Assembly (NCBI GenBank): GCA_965216155.1
Contig: CBDCFD010000007.1
Coordinates: 528,526 to 592,525, forward strand
DNA: 64,000 bases
Source: Dehalococcoidia bacterium
Lineage (GTDB): Bacteria > Chloroflexota > Dehalococcoidia > Lucifugimonadales > UBA3495
Direction of reading: 5' to 3'
How positions within the stretch are numbered: the first letter of the stretch is position 1; every line of letters begins with the position of its first letter. Shown here one piece after another: positions 1 through 8,574 of the stretch. The notes beneath the pieces were generated by a model. The model worked only from the letters and a program-made list of their open reading frames with translations, had not been told where the DNA came from and searched no databases. The position numbers and the translations under genes are program-made.

Positions 1-438
1 CAGCGGGTACGGACGTGTTGAAACCCGACGCTGTTGGACCATTGACGACCAGAGCAGTTGTCCTACCTGGATACCCGAGGTGATTGGCCTGGGTTGCGGA
101 GCATCGGGATGGTCACGGCGGAACGATGTAAAGGGGGCCAAGTGTCGGTGGAAACCCGCTACTACATCTCCAGTCCGGAGTCGGATGTCCGGCGGCTCTT
201 GCAGGCGACTCGAAACCATTGGGGTATCGAGAACCGGGTCCACTGGGTGCTGGACGTGTCCTTCAGGGAAGACGAAAGCCGGGTAAGAACCGTGAACGCG
301 CTGGAAAACCTGGCGATAGTCCGGCATATGGCCCTTAACCTGCTGCGCCAAGACCGGACCTCCAAAGCCTCTATCAAAGCCAAACGCAAATTGGCCGGCT
401 GGGACAATGACTACCTGCTATCCATCCTCTCCAATTAG
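1..438 (+). mobile_element. ISAs1-family transposase gene, 3' part. It runs off the window start and has an apparent frameshift near nt 50-58.
   Basis: ORF 58-438 contains WPGLRSIGMV...RYYISS...RNHWGIENRVHWVLDVSFREDESR, the ISAs1-type C-terminal signature. Nt 2-55 in another frame read GYGRVETRRCWTIDD, the segment expected just upstream. Confidence 0.8.
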
Positions 439-586
439 AATGCGTTTGCCCTGTTGTGCGGCCTTTCTTGCTGTCCGAAAATCGCCCCGGGTGGTGTAGA
501 ATGTCCTCCGTTGAATGATGCCTTTGAGGGGGAGCTAAAGAGGTGGCGATGCCAGCCCGGCCCTCGGGCCTGCTGCGAGGTGCGAT

Positions 587-1279
587 ATGACCACACCCGA
601 CATCTTCGCCAGGAAGCCCAAAGTCCAGGGCCGCTTCCGGCTGCCGGACCCGCCCGAACGCGAGCCCGACGATATGACCAGTTTCGACCAGTTAGCCATT
701 ACCGGCGGCGCCCACTACCTGGCCCAGCACCTGTGGAACCCGGAAACCACCCTGGTGGCCGGCGAGCATTACATCAGTCCCGTACCCACCGGCGATATGA
801 CCGGGCTGCGCTACCCAGACCTGTTCGTGGCCTTCGACGTGGACCCGGCTGCCTACGCCAACGGGTACGTCATCTCAGAGCAGGGCAAGCCGCCGGACTT
901 CGTGCTGGAAATCGCCTCCCGGCGCACCGGACGCATAGACGCGACGGAGAAGCGGGGGGACTACGCCGCTCTGGGCATCGGGGAATACTGGCGGTTTGAC
1001 GAGACGGGGGAGTATCACGGGGCGCGGCTGGCCGGGGAGCGGCTGGTGACGGGCGACTACGTTGCCATAGCCATCGGGGAACTCCCCGGCGGCGGCTTGC
1101 AAGGATACAGCGCGGTGCTGGATCTGCACCTGCGCTGGGAGGAGGGCGAGTTGCGTTTTTACGACCCGGCCACGGGCCGGGGTATCGCAACCCTGGCAGA
1201 CGAGCGCGCCCGGGCCGACGCCGCCGAAGCCCGAGTCCGCGAGTTGGAAGAACTGCTCCGCCGCCAGAATCCCTATTGA
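587..1279 (+). CDS. Uma2-family (DUF820) endonuclease
   Basis: 230-aa ORF with PDLFVAFDV...KPPDFVLEIASRRTGRIDATEKRGDYAALGIGEYWRFD, typical of Uma2/putative restriction endonuclease family proteins. Confidence 0.8.
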   Translation: MTTPDIFARKPKVQGRFRLPDPPEREPDDMTSFDQLAITGGAHYLAQHLWNPETTLVAGEHYISPVPTGDMTGLRYPDLFVAFDVDPAAYANGYVISEQGKPPDFVLEIASRRTGRIDATEKRGDYAALGIGEYWRFDETGEYHGARLAGERLVTGDYVAIAIGELPGGGLQGYSAVLDLHLRWEEGELRFYDPATGRGIATLADERARADAAEARVRELEELLRRQNPY

Positions 1280-1379
1280 CGGCTAACTGCGATAGCCTTC
1301 TCAGGCACTCCGGCCCGGGATGCCGCTGGCGCGTCTCTGCGAGTGAGTCAGCCTGAACGGAAACACTGGGAGTTTCGGT

Positions 1380-1630
1380 ATGATCGCCAGGATACCCTTG
1401 GTCCTGGAGCCTCAGCCCGAAGGGGGTACACCGTCACCTCTCCTTTGCTGCCGGAGTTGATAACCGAGGGCGACACAATCTCGGAGTGCCTGGTCAACGT
1501 GGACGATGCCTTTGCGGTGGTTTTGGAGATCTACGAGGACGAGGGGCGTCCCCTGCCGCCGGGTATCCACGTGGATGACGCCAACGGCCCGGTGTCCGTT
1601 GAGGCTGTCGTCACGGTTCCAGTTTCGTGA
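1380..1630 (+). pseudogene. hicB: HicB-like antitoxin, frameshifted in a G5 run (1422-1426)
   Basis: ATG at 1380 gives MIARIPLVLEPQPEGG. The ORF-track frame continues YTVTSPLLPELITEGDTISECLVNVDDAFAVVLEIYEDEGRPLP (UPF0150/HicB pattern). The two halves are in different frames. Confidence 0.65.
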
Positions 1631-1797
1631 GATACCGGGAGGCCGCCCGCAAGCTGACGAAGCTCGGATGTTTCGAGGTTCCGACACTAAGAGGCGGCTC
1701 TTATAGAAGATGGTTCAATCCTCAAACGCATTCTTCCTGCACGGCCAATTCGAAGTCTAGCACCGGGTTCGGCAGCCCCTCTTCGGAGAAAGCGTAG
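1627..1797 (+). pseudogene. hicA: HicA-like toxin remnant; only the N-terminal ~35 codons are recognisable
   Basis: GTG overlapping the hicB stop (GTGA) reads VRYREAARKLTKLGCFEVPTLRGGSYRRWFNP, similar to the HicA N-terminus. Similarity is lost where a converging ORF (1722-1913, minus) begins. Confidence 0.4.
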
Positions 1798-1985
1798 GAA
1801 GCAATTTCAACTAGCGTATCCTCATCTATGCTCAGGTAAAGAGCATCTCCCCGTGGGACCCCTTCTGCAAAGAATCTTGCTATCGCCTCATTCCACTCAA
1901 AATCAGAGGCCACGCATACACCTCGCTTTCCCGTTACAGTTCAGCACCTTAGGCGACAGGAAACGTTTGTCAAGGGCGGCGGGAT

Positions 1986-2164
1986 CGGCGTGTTGAAAAA
2001 GTCCAACTGAGGGCCAGCGCCCAAAGCTGTGAACCGAATATCGTCCTTTTTGGTCTCAACTGTTGCACAATTGTGTTATCAGTCAACATTACTTCTCGAC
2101 TTTAGACGACGCTGTAGATGGGCATCTCCCCTGCGTTCACTGCAGCAGACTTTTTTAACAGGCC
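1986..2164. mobile_element. 179-bp MITE-like insertion inside the IS21 terminal repeat
   Basis: Imperfect terminal inverted repeats (GGCGTGTTGAAAAAGTC / GACTTTTTTAACAGGCC), flanked by direct CGGGAT (1980-1985 and 2165-2170). The uninterrupted sequence GGCGGCGGGATGTTGGGCC is present at 50965-50985. Confidence 0.7.
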
Positions 2165-2196
2165 CGGGATGTTGGGCCATTGGGGCGGAGGAAAAG

Positions 2197-2345
2197 TGAG
2201 CTTGTCTCAGGAGTATTTGGCCGCACGAATGTCGTACGCAGGACGGCTTCAATATGTGGAAGTGAGCTACCATGAGAACCATCAAGCCCGTAAATCCATC
2301 CGCGTTCCGAATATAGTTATGGTGTTGGACTTCTGAGACAAGCTC
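2197..2345. mobile_element. 149-bp MITE-like insertion at the IS21 end
   Basis: Perfect 14-bp terminal inverted repeats TGAGCTTGTCTCAG / CTGAGACAAGCTCA, flanked by direct AAAG (2193-2196 and 2346-2349). The empty site GGAGGAAAAGTGTACCACC is present at 50993-51011. Confidence 0.75.
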
Positions 2346-2468
2346 AAAAGTGTACCACCAGGGGTCATCGGCCAGCGTAAAGGTCCGGCCAATTGTTCAG
2401 GGAAGATGTCACTCAGGCAGCTGTGGCAACAGCCGGGGCGGGGGAATCGGGACGGTTTCCGGGGCGGC

Positions 2469-2765
2469 CTATGCGTCGTCTGGAGCTTGAGACGCGGCGT
2501 TCTCCTTGCTGTGCTTGAGGCGGTAGCTCTCGCCGTTCATCTCGAGGATGTGGACGTGGTGGGTGAGGCGGTCCAGCAACGCGCCGGTGAGGCGCTCCGA
2601 TCCGAACACCTCGGTCCACTCGTCGAATGGGAGGTTGGTGGTCACCAGGATGGAGCCTCGCTCGTAGCGTTGGCTGAAGACATCAAAGAGCAGTTCCGCA
2701 CCGGTGCGGGAGAGTGGGACGAATCCCAGTTCGTCGACGATCAGCAGGTTGATGTTTGACGTCAA
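2469..2765 (-). pseudogene. istB: IstB (IS21 helper ATPase) C-terminal fragment, type A
   Basis: 98-aa ORF LLIVDELGFVPLSRTGAELLFDVFSQRYERGSILVTTNLPFDEWTEVFGSERLTGALLDRLTHHVHILEMNGESYRLK. It lacks the Walker A half. Confidence 0.85.
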
Positions 2766-2787
2766 CTATTTTTGCCGGTTCGGTCGA

Positions 2788-3563
2788 TTATTCTTGCCCG
2801 TTCACCTCCTGTTCCTGACCCCGCTGCTGAGCGACTCCAGTGCGGTAGCTTGGGACGTCGAATTCAAGGATGACCGAGTGGTGGACCACCCGGTCGATGG
2901 CCGCCGCAGTGACCATGGGGTCGGCAAAGATATGCTCCCACTGGGAGAATACCAGGTTGGACGTGATGCCCAGGGAGCGACGCTCGTGGCGTTCGGCGAT
3001 GAGCGTGAAGAGCACCTCGGATTCCTCGGCACCCTGGGGCAGGTAGCCCAGGTCGTCCAGCATCAGGAAGTCGTAGATGTCGAGCTTGCGTAGTTGTCGT
3101 GGGCGCCCGGTACCACTTGGCCGCCAAGAGGTCCTGCACCAGCCGGTAGGCCGGGGCGAAGAGCACCGAGCGTCCCGATTCCACCAGCCGGTGTCCGACG
3201 GCGCACAGTGCGTGGGTCTTGCCGGTGCCGGGCAGCCCAAAGGCGAGCACGTTGACGCCGCGCTCGACGAAGTTGCCGCCAGCCAGTTCACCCAGTTGCT
3301 GCTGTAGCGCCAAGGGGGCACACGGTCGCGCTCAAATGTCTCCCAGGTCTTGCCCGAGGGCAGCCTGGACTCCTTGCGGAGTTTGTTGATCCGCCGCCGC
3401 CTCTATCCTCGGCCTCCTGCTCCAGCACTTCCAGGAGGGTCTCCAGGGCGTCGCCGTGGCTGGCGGCGGTGAAGCGGTTCACCGACTGCACCCCCATGGT
3501 GGGCAGCCGGAACTGATGGCACAGCTCACCAATCCGGACCTGAATCGCCACGGTGTCGGTCAT
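2788..3563 (-). pseudogene. istB: IstB type B with at least 2 frameshifts
   Basis: Three overlapping frames carry MTDTVAIQVRIGELCHQFRLPTM..., then GLPGTGKTHALCAVGHRLVESG (Walker A), then LMLDDLGYLPQGAEESEVLFTLIAERHERRSLGITSNLVFSQWEHIF. Confidence 0.8.
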
Positions 3564-3784
3564 CAGGCCACCCCCGCCAGCAGGGAATCGTAGACCCTGA
3601 GGTCAGGCATGCTGGGCAGACTCAGCACCGGCGCCAGCGGTGGAGTTGGGTTGGCCAGTTCCTTGAGCGCGCCGTAGTCGAAGGGATCACCGGCCTCCAG
3701 CAGCAGGGCCAAGGCACTGTCCACCGTGGACTCCATGTTGTCGCTAGTTGTCGCTGCAAAGTGCAGGTTGCGCACGTACTCCAC
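3563..3784 (-). pseudogene. istA: IstA type B C-terminal fragment
   Basis: 73-aa ORF whose stop overlaps the istB start by 1 nt (TGATG), the usual IS21 arrangement. The N-terminal DDE part is missing. Confidence 0.5.
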
Positions 3785-4170
3785 GTCAGCCCGTTCGCCG
3801 CGCCACCGCTTGAGGGCGTCACAGCAGGGTTAGGGCCGAGTCCGGGCCATGCGTAGGCGAGTAACTGGGACGCCTGGGTAGGACTTGTAAGCTTATGGGG
3901 AGGCGCGTCGTCCAGAAAAAGACCGACTGAGCATTGGTGCCTGTTGCCCGTCTTACAGCATGGTCCGGGAGCCTTACGGCAGCATCATTGGTGACACTCC
4001 AATCGGGGCGCTCCCGTTCGATAGATTGTCCGAAGGTCGGAGACCCCCGCTGGCGACACGCCTACGTCAAAACGGGGGAGTAGGCGATGAGCACACCCAA
4101 CGAAGGCAGGGCAGGTCGAAAGAGCCGGGCTAGTGGCGGATTAAAGGGTTTGCCCGAGGAGTTGTCCTAG

Positions 4171-5540
4171 GTCAACCTGAACGCAGCGGGGATCGATGTG
4201 GGAGCCAGCAGTCACTTTGTGGCAGTGTCCGAAGCCCGTTCTGATAAGCCGGTGCGAGAGTTCGAAGCTTACACGTTGGACTTGCACTGTATGGCCGATT
4301 GGTTATTGCAGTACGGAGTGGAGACCGTGGCGATGGAGTCTACCGGAGTCTACTGGATACCTCTGTTCGGGGTTTTGGAAGAGCGAGGCTTGGAGGTGAT
4401 GTTGGTGGATCCCCGCCGCCTCAAGAACGTACCCGGTCGCAAGACAGACGTATCGGACTGCCAGTGGCTGCAACAGCTGCACACGTACGGACTGCTGTCA
4501 GGGGCGTTCAGACCCGACGCGGAGATACGGCGCCTTCGGAGTTACCTGCGTCAGCGGTCGATGCTTGTGGAGTATGCAGCTCATCATGTCCAACACATGC
4601 ACAGGCATTGACGCAGATGAACATCAAGCTCCAGCACGTTATCAGCGACATCACTGGGAAGACCGGTATGGAGATCATCGTAGCCATCATGAGAGGTGAA
4701 CGGGACCCACGCAAGCTGGCGCAACTCCGAGACCCCAGGATCAGGGCGGACGAGGACACGATAGCCAAGTCGCTGCGTGGACACTGGAGGGAGGAGCACA
4801 TCTTCGAGTTGACGCAGGCGCTGGAGCTCTACAAGGTGTACCACACGAAGATAGATGAGTGTGACCGGCAGATCGAAAAGCAGTTGAAGAGGTTCGAGGA
4901 TATCAGTGGCGGAGGGTCGCTGGATACGAAGCCTGGGAGCAAGCGCAGTAAGGGGAACGCGCCTCGCTTCGACGTTCGGACGCATCTGTACCGGATGACT
5001 GGCGCGGACCTGACCGAGATAGACGGAGTGGACGGCTATACGGCGCTGAAGGTGGTGAGCGAGGTGGGAACGGACATGACGAAATGGCCCACGGCTAAGC
5101 ATTTCGCCTCTTGGTTGGGGTTGAGTCCCAACAACAGGATAACAGGAGGAAAGGTGATCAGCTCACGGACGAAGCCCAACGCCAACAGGGCAGCTGCGGC
5201 GCTCCGTATGGCGGCGAGCTCACTTCACCGCTCCGACAGTGCGTTAGGAGCGTTCCTGCGCAGGAAGAAGGCACACCTGGGAGCGCCGAAGGCCATCACG
5301 GCCACGGCTCACAAGCTGGCGCGGATCATATAATCGATGCTGCGTTACGGTCAGAAGTATGTGGATGCTGGCGCGTCGTACTATGAGAGCCAGTACCGCC
5401 AGAGAGCGTTGCGCAACGCCAAGCGAAGGGCGGCGCAGTTGGGTACGAACTGGTTCCTAAATCCGATGGGCACGAACGCCCTTCATATGGTCTTCACGAA
5501 CCGGCCGTCGCCAGCACGTGAAAACTCAGTTACTCGATAG
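4171..5540 (+). pseudogene. IS110-family (DEDD) transposase. Lesions: a frameshift near 4600, an in-frame TAA at 5331-5333, and a stop just upstream of the conserved N-terminus.
   Basis: AGIDVGASSHFVAV...AMESTGVYWIPLF...KTDVSDCQWLQQLHTYGLL in one frame. MNIKLQHVISDITGKTG...WLGLSPNNRITGGKVISSRTKPNANRAAAALRMAA...AHKLARII*SMLRYGQKY in another. Confidence 0.85.
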
Positions 5541-6517
5541 CCCGGCCACTGTGAAAACCGCCCCAAAGCGATTGTGGTTCGGCGCGTCACGTCGGTACTG
5601 GTCCTGGTAAACGGCCAGATACACGCCCGCACTCACCGCAGCGGCTCCGGTCCCTCCCTTAACCCACCGCATACGCTTGACGTGTCGCACAGGTGTGACT
5701 ATTGCCGCCGCCGAATTCCCCCGACCGACTGCAACTGGACCGGCTGGGACAGGACTACAAAAATGCACCTTTCCGTTCCCGACACTTCCTGTAGGGGGCC
5801 TTCCCACCAACGTAATCGCAGTGTCCCAACCCTGTCAGACCCCAAAGACGAAACCTGGTGCATTTTGTTGCAGAACCCGCGCCTCGGCCGGTCTCCGCGC
5901 CGGACGCGCAACGCGCACGCCGTTCACCGCTTCCAGCCTGGTGACGTGCTTGACGCGTCAGGTCTGACACGTAATGACGCATGATTGCGCCGCGTTCTTG
6001 AGCCTCTCCACGTCCTCGCCTTTCTCGGCCAGCCCGTCCGTGCCGCCGTGGTCCTGCACGTCACCGCCGACGCCGAGGAATTGCGCAGGTTCGCCTGCCG
6101 CCAGGTGGGAACAACGTCGCCGGGAAAGGCTGCTGAACCCCCACGCCGTGGTCGGCCCTACCGTCGCGACCGTCCCCGCTGACTGCCCAGACCCGCCGGG
6201 CTGCGCCTTACGGCCCCGACCAACCATCCCGCCCGGCCTGATCCAAGCCGGATGGACAGGTGTCCGATTGTGTAGCTGGCGCTGTCCAACACCAGCCCCA
6301 TATCCCGCTTGACAACTGGCCGAATTTGAACGTGGTACTGTCCGACGGGGGTGGAAGCTGCTCTGGAACCCAAGTGCTCGCTGAATACGTCCTGTAAGGG
6401 ATGATTTCCCCCGATTTCACGTTTGGCTGGACAGAATTGGACAGTTGTTCACCAACTCCCAATCCCTGTACACGGGTATGACATACTTGCCGCCGCCGGA
6501 AAACCCGCGCCCTAAAA

Positions 6518-6539
6518 GGGAGGACGCGCGCGTCCTCCC
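6518..6539. repeat. Perfect 22-bp palindrome GGGAGGACGCGCGCGTCCTCCC (hairpin, terminator-like)
   Basis: Read directly. Preceded by AAAA and followed by TTAT, so it could act as a weak bidirectional terminator. Confidence 0.6.
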
Positions 6540-6664
6540 TTATGTGGCATACGCGCCGCCCGTAGGCTGGCCGGGCCGTGGAAACCATCTCCCGGCCCTC
6601 CCAACGGACCATCCGGCCCGCCGCTCCCCCATATTCCCAATGCCCCATCGCCTCCGGAATCGCC

Positions 6665-6682
6665 ATGTTCCACGTGGAACAT
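6665..6682. repeat. Perfect 18-bp palindrome ATGTTCCACGTGGAACAT
   Basis: Read directly. Contains GTTC-N6-GAAC half-sites. Confidence 0.6.
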
Positions 6683-6875
6683 TTCGTAGCTGGCCCTGCC
6701 CCATGGCCCTGGAACCAGCCCTTCCCAAAACTCGTTCACAAAATCGGCCCGCAACCCCCCGAAATCGGCCGGTTTTAGCTACGAAGCCGCATTTCTGCCC
6801 CATCCCTGCCCAAGTCCAAATTCCTGTACACTTGTACAATGTCACCCTTGGGGCGTGGCGCCTGAAACCTCAATG

Positions 6876-6916
6876 GGTAGTTCATGCATGAACCAGTGGT
6901 TCGTGGATGAACTACC
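6876..6916. repeat. 10-bp stem hairpin (GGTAGTTCAT / ATGAACTACC) enclosing two GTTC-N6-GAAC sites
   Basis: GTTCATGCATGAAC (6880-6893, perfect palindrome) and GTTCGTGGATGAAC (6899-6912), read directly. Confidence 0.6.
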
Positions 6917-7307
6917 TTATTAGGGGTTCCGGTTTGGGACCGCCCGCCTCCACACTGGACGGGAAATTACAGGTCCGGCGGGCAATTGACGCCGGGAACC
7001 GGGGGAGAGACAAGATGCGAGACAACAACTACGACAACCGCCGAAGGCCGACACTGGCATCAACACCAGGGCCGCGCCGCCGGTCTACACGGCGGGGGAG
7101 CGAAAGACGGTGCGGCAGGGGCTGCGCATCCTGGCCAAGATCATCGCCCGCGCCCACCTGCGGAGGCAGTCGGAACGGAACCGTGTAGCCGCTCCGGCCC
7201 GCCGCCGATAAGCAGGCACGATGAGCGAGCAATTCCCGAAATCGGCGGCTCTGAGTGACGGTTGCCCCTTGCGTTCTAGGTATCCGTAAAGATCCCATAA
7301 GTACGGT

Positions 7308-7685
7308 ATGGGTCAAGCTCACGACCGCGAGGGAACGGCAATGGGCAGCACGGAAGCACCGACGGCATATCCGGCCACATCGGACGAAATGACGACTGCC
7401 CTGACCGCGGCCCTGGAAGCGGGCGACCACGTATCAAGTACGGGGCAGGCTCTGGACCGGATAATGGGCACCCTGTGGCAAATGACCCGCGCCCACCGGA
7501 TGAGACGGGTCGCCCAGGAGACCGGCCTGGGACGGGAGAGTCTGTACAAGTCCATGCGGGCCGGGGCAAGCCCCGAGTTCAACACCGTGATCAAGGTTCT
7601 GCGCGCCCTGGGCTTCCGCCTCCAGGCCGTCCCCCTCGCCGAGACTGCTGACCACCACAATCGCCAAAATCCGAACCCACAATGA
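7308..7685 (+). CDS. HTH DNA-binding protein of the addiction-module antidote type (COG3636/HigA-like)
   Basis: C-terminal RVAQETGLGRESLYKSMRAGASPEFNTVIKVLRALGFRLQAVP matches the conserved core of the putative antidote family. No partner toxin ORF was found upstream. Confidence 0.7.
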   Translation: MGQAHDREGTAMGSTEAPTAYPATSDEMTTALTAALEAGDHVSSTGQALDRIMGTLWQMTRAHRMRRVAQETGLGRESLYKSMRAGASPEFNTVIKVLRALGFRLQAVPLAETADHHNRQNPNPQ

Positions 7686-8179
7686 AAGTGGGGGAAATGA
7701 GAAAACAGGTACAACCCCTCACCCCGTCGGCCCTGTATGCGAGAGTCTCCAGCGACCGCCAGGACATGAACCCCTACGTGGCCGCCCGGCTTAGGGCGCT
7801 CCGGGGCTACGCCAAAGCCAACGGTTATTCAATTGCCCGGGAGTACGTGGCCGAGAGTGGGCGCATCGCCGATAGGCCCCAGTTCCGCAAGATGATCGAC
7901 GAGGGCGGCAGGGCCACCGCCCCCTTCCAGGTGATTCTCGTCTGGAAGTTTTCGCGCTTCACACGCAAGCGGGAGCACGCCGTGGCCTTCAAGTCCATGC
8001 TCCGGCGCAAGGACATCCGCGTGGTGTCCATCACCGAACATGCCGACGACTCCCCCACCGGCAAGCTGATGGATGCCATCATCGACAGCGTGGACGAATT
8101 TCACTCGGAAAATTTGCCCTGGAAAACGCGTGTTGTTCCGGTGGTGGCCCCAATTTCGAGTGCTTTCGATTCGCCCTAA
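7682..8179 (+). pseudogene. Serine recombinase, N-terminal catalytic domain only; homology is lost after about 8115
   Basis: ALYARVSSDRQD...FQVILVWKFSRFTRKREHAVAFKSMLRRKDIRVVSITEHADDSPTGKLMDAIIDSVDEFHSENL, then unrelated sequence and a stop. The start overlaps the upstream stop (ATGA). Confidence 0.75.
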
Positions 8180-8574
8180 CTTCTGAAAGTGGGGCAGGAA
8201 AATCATTGCGAATTAAAACGCGATTGCCCTGGGTTTTCGGGTAACTGTTCAGTCTGGAGGGGATCCGAGGACCTGAAGGGCGAAAATTGGGGGCGAATCC
8301 CCGTTGCTGACGCTCAGGCTGACGGCTATCAAAGAACTTTCGCCTAATTCGACCCGCAAAGTCTGAACAGTTACGCTTTCGGTGATGATGTTCTTCCGAA
8401 TCTGTAATTTGGTATATAATTCCCCCATCAGAATCCCGATACTAGGGACTTTTCTCCCCGGTGAGACCGACCGGGGCCGCCTAAGCCGAACTGCTTCTGG
8501 AGGCCCTCAACCGTATTCTGTTCATCGGGCAGCCTCGGAGTATCCAATGCTAATGCCCGGACCGGTGGAAGGTC

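Larger units (their letters stand above)
1968..2752 (-). mobile_element. IS21-family element type A, fragment 1 (terminal repeat plus 3' part of istB). It carries two nested MITE-like insertions and is truncated by a second IS21 type.
   Basis: Terminal sequence TGTCAAGGGCGGCGGGAT...GTTGGGCC...GGAGGAAAAG TGTACCACC matches the ends at 50959 and 59547. The IstB C-terminus at 2469-2765 matches the copies at 51146 and 59671. Confidence 0.8.
2753..3830 (-). mobile_element. IS21-family element type B remnant, inserted into type A istB. The upstream boundary is approximate.
   Basis: Homology to type A stops at about 2752, where TGTTTGACGTCAAC begins. The remnant contains a different IstB (2788-3563) and an IstA C-terminus (3563-3784). 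Confidence 0.65.

Noticed and set aside
6990-7300. A RelE/ParE-type killer gene upstream of the antidote-like HTH gene.
   Set aside because: No ORF with the expected GPGYR-type core or any start-to-stop frame of about 90-100 codons. Only start-less fragments are present.
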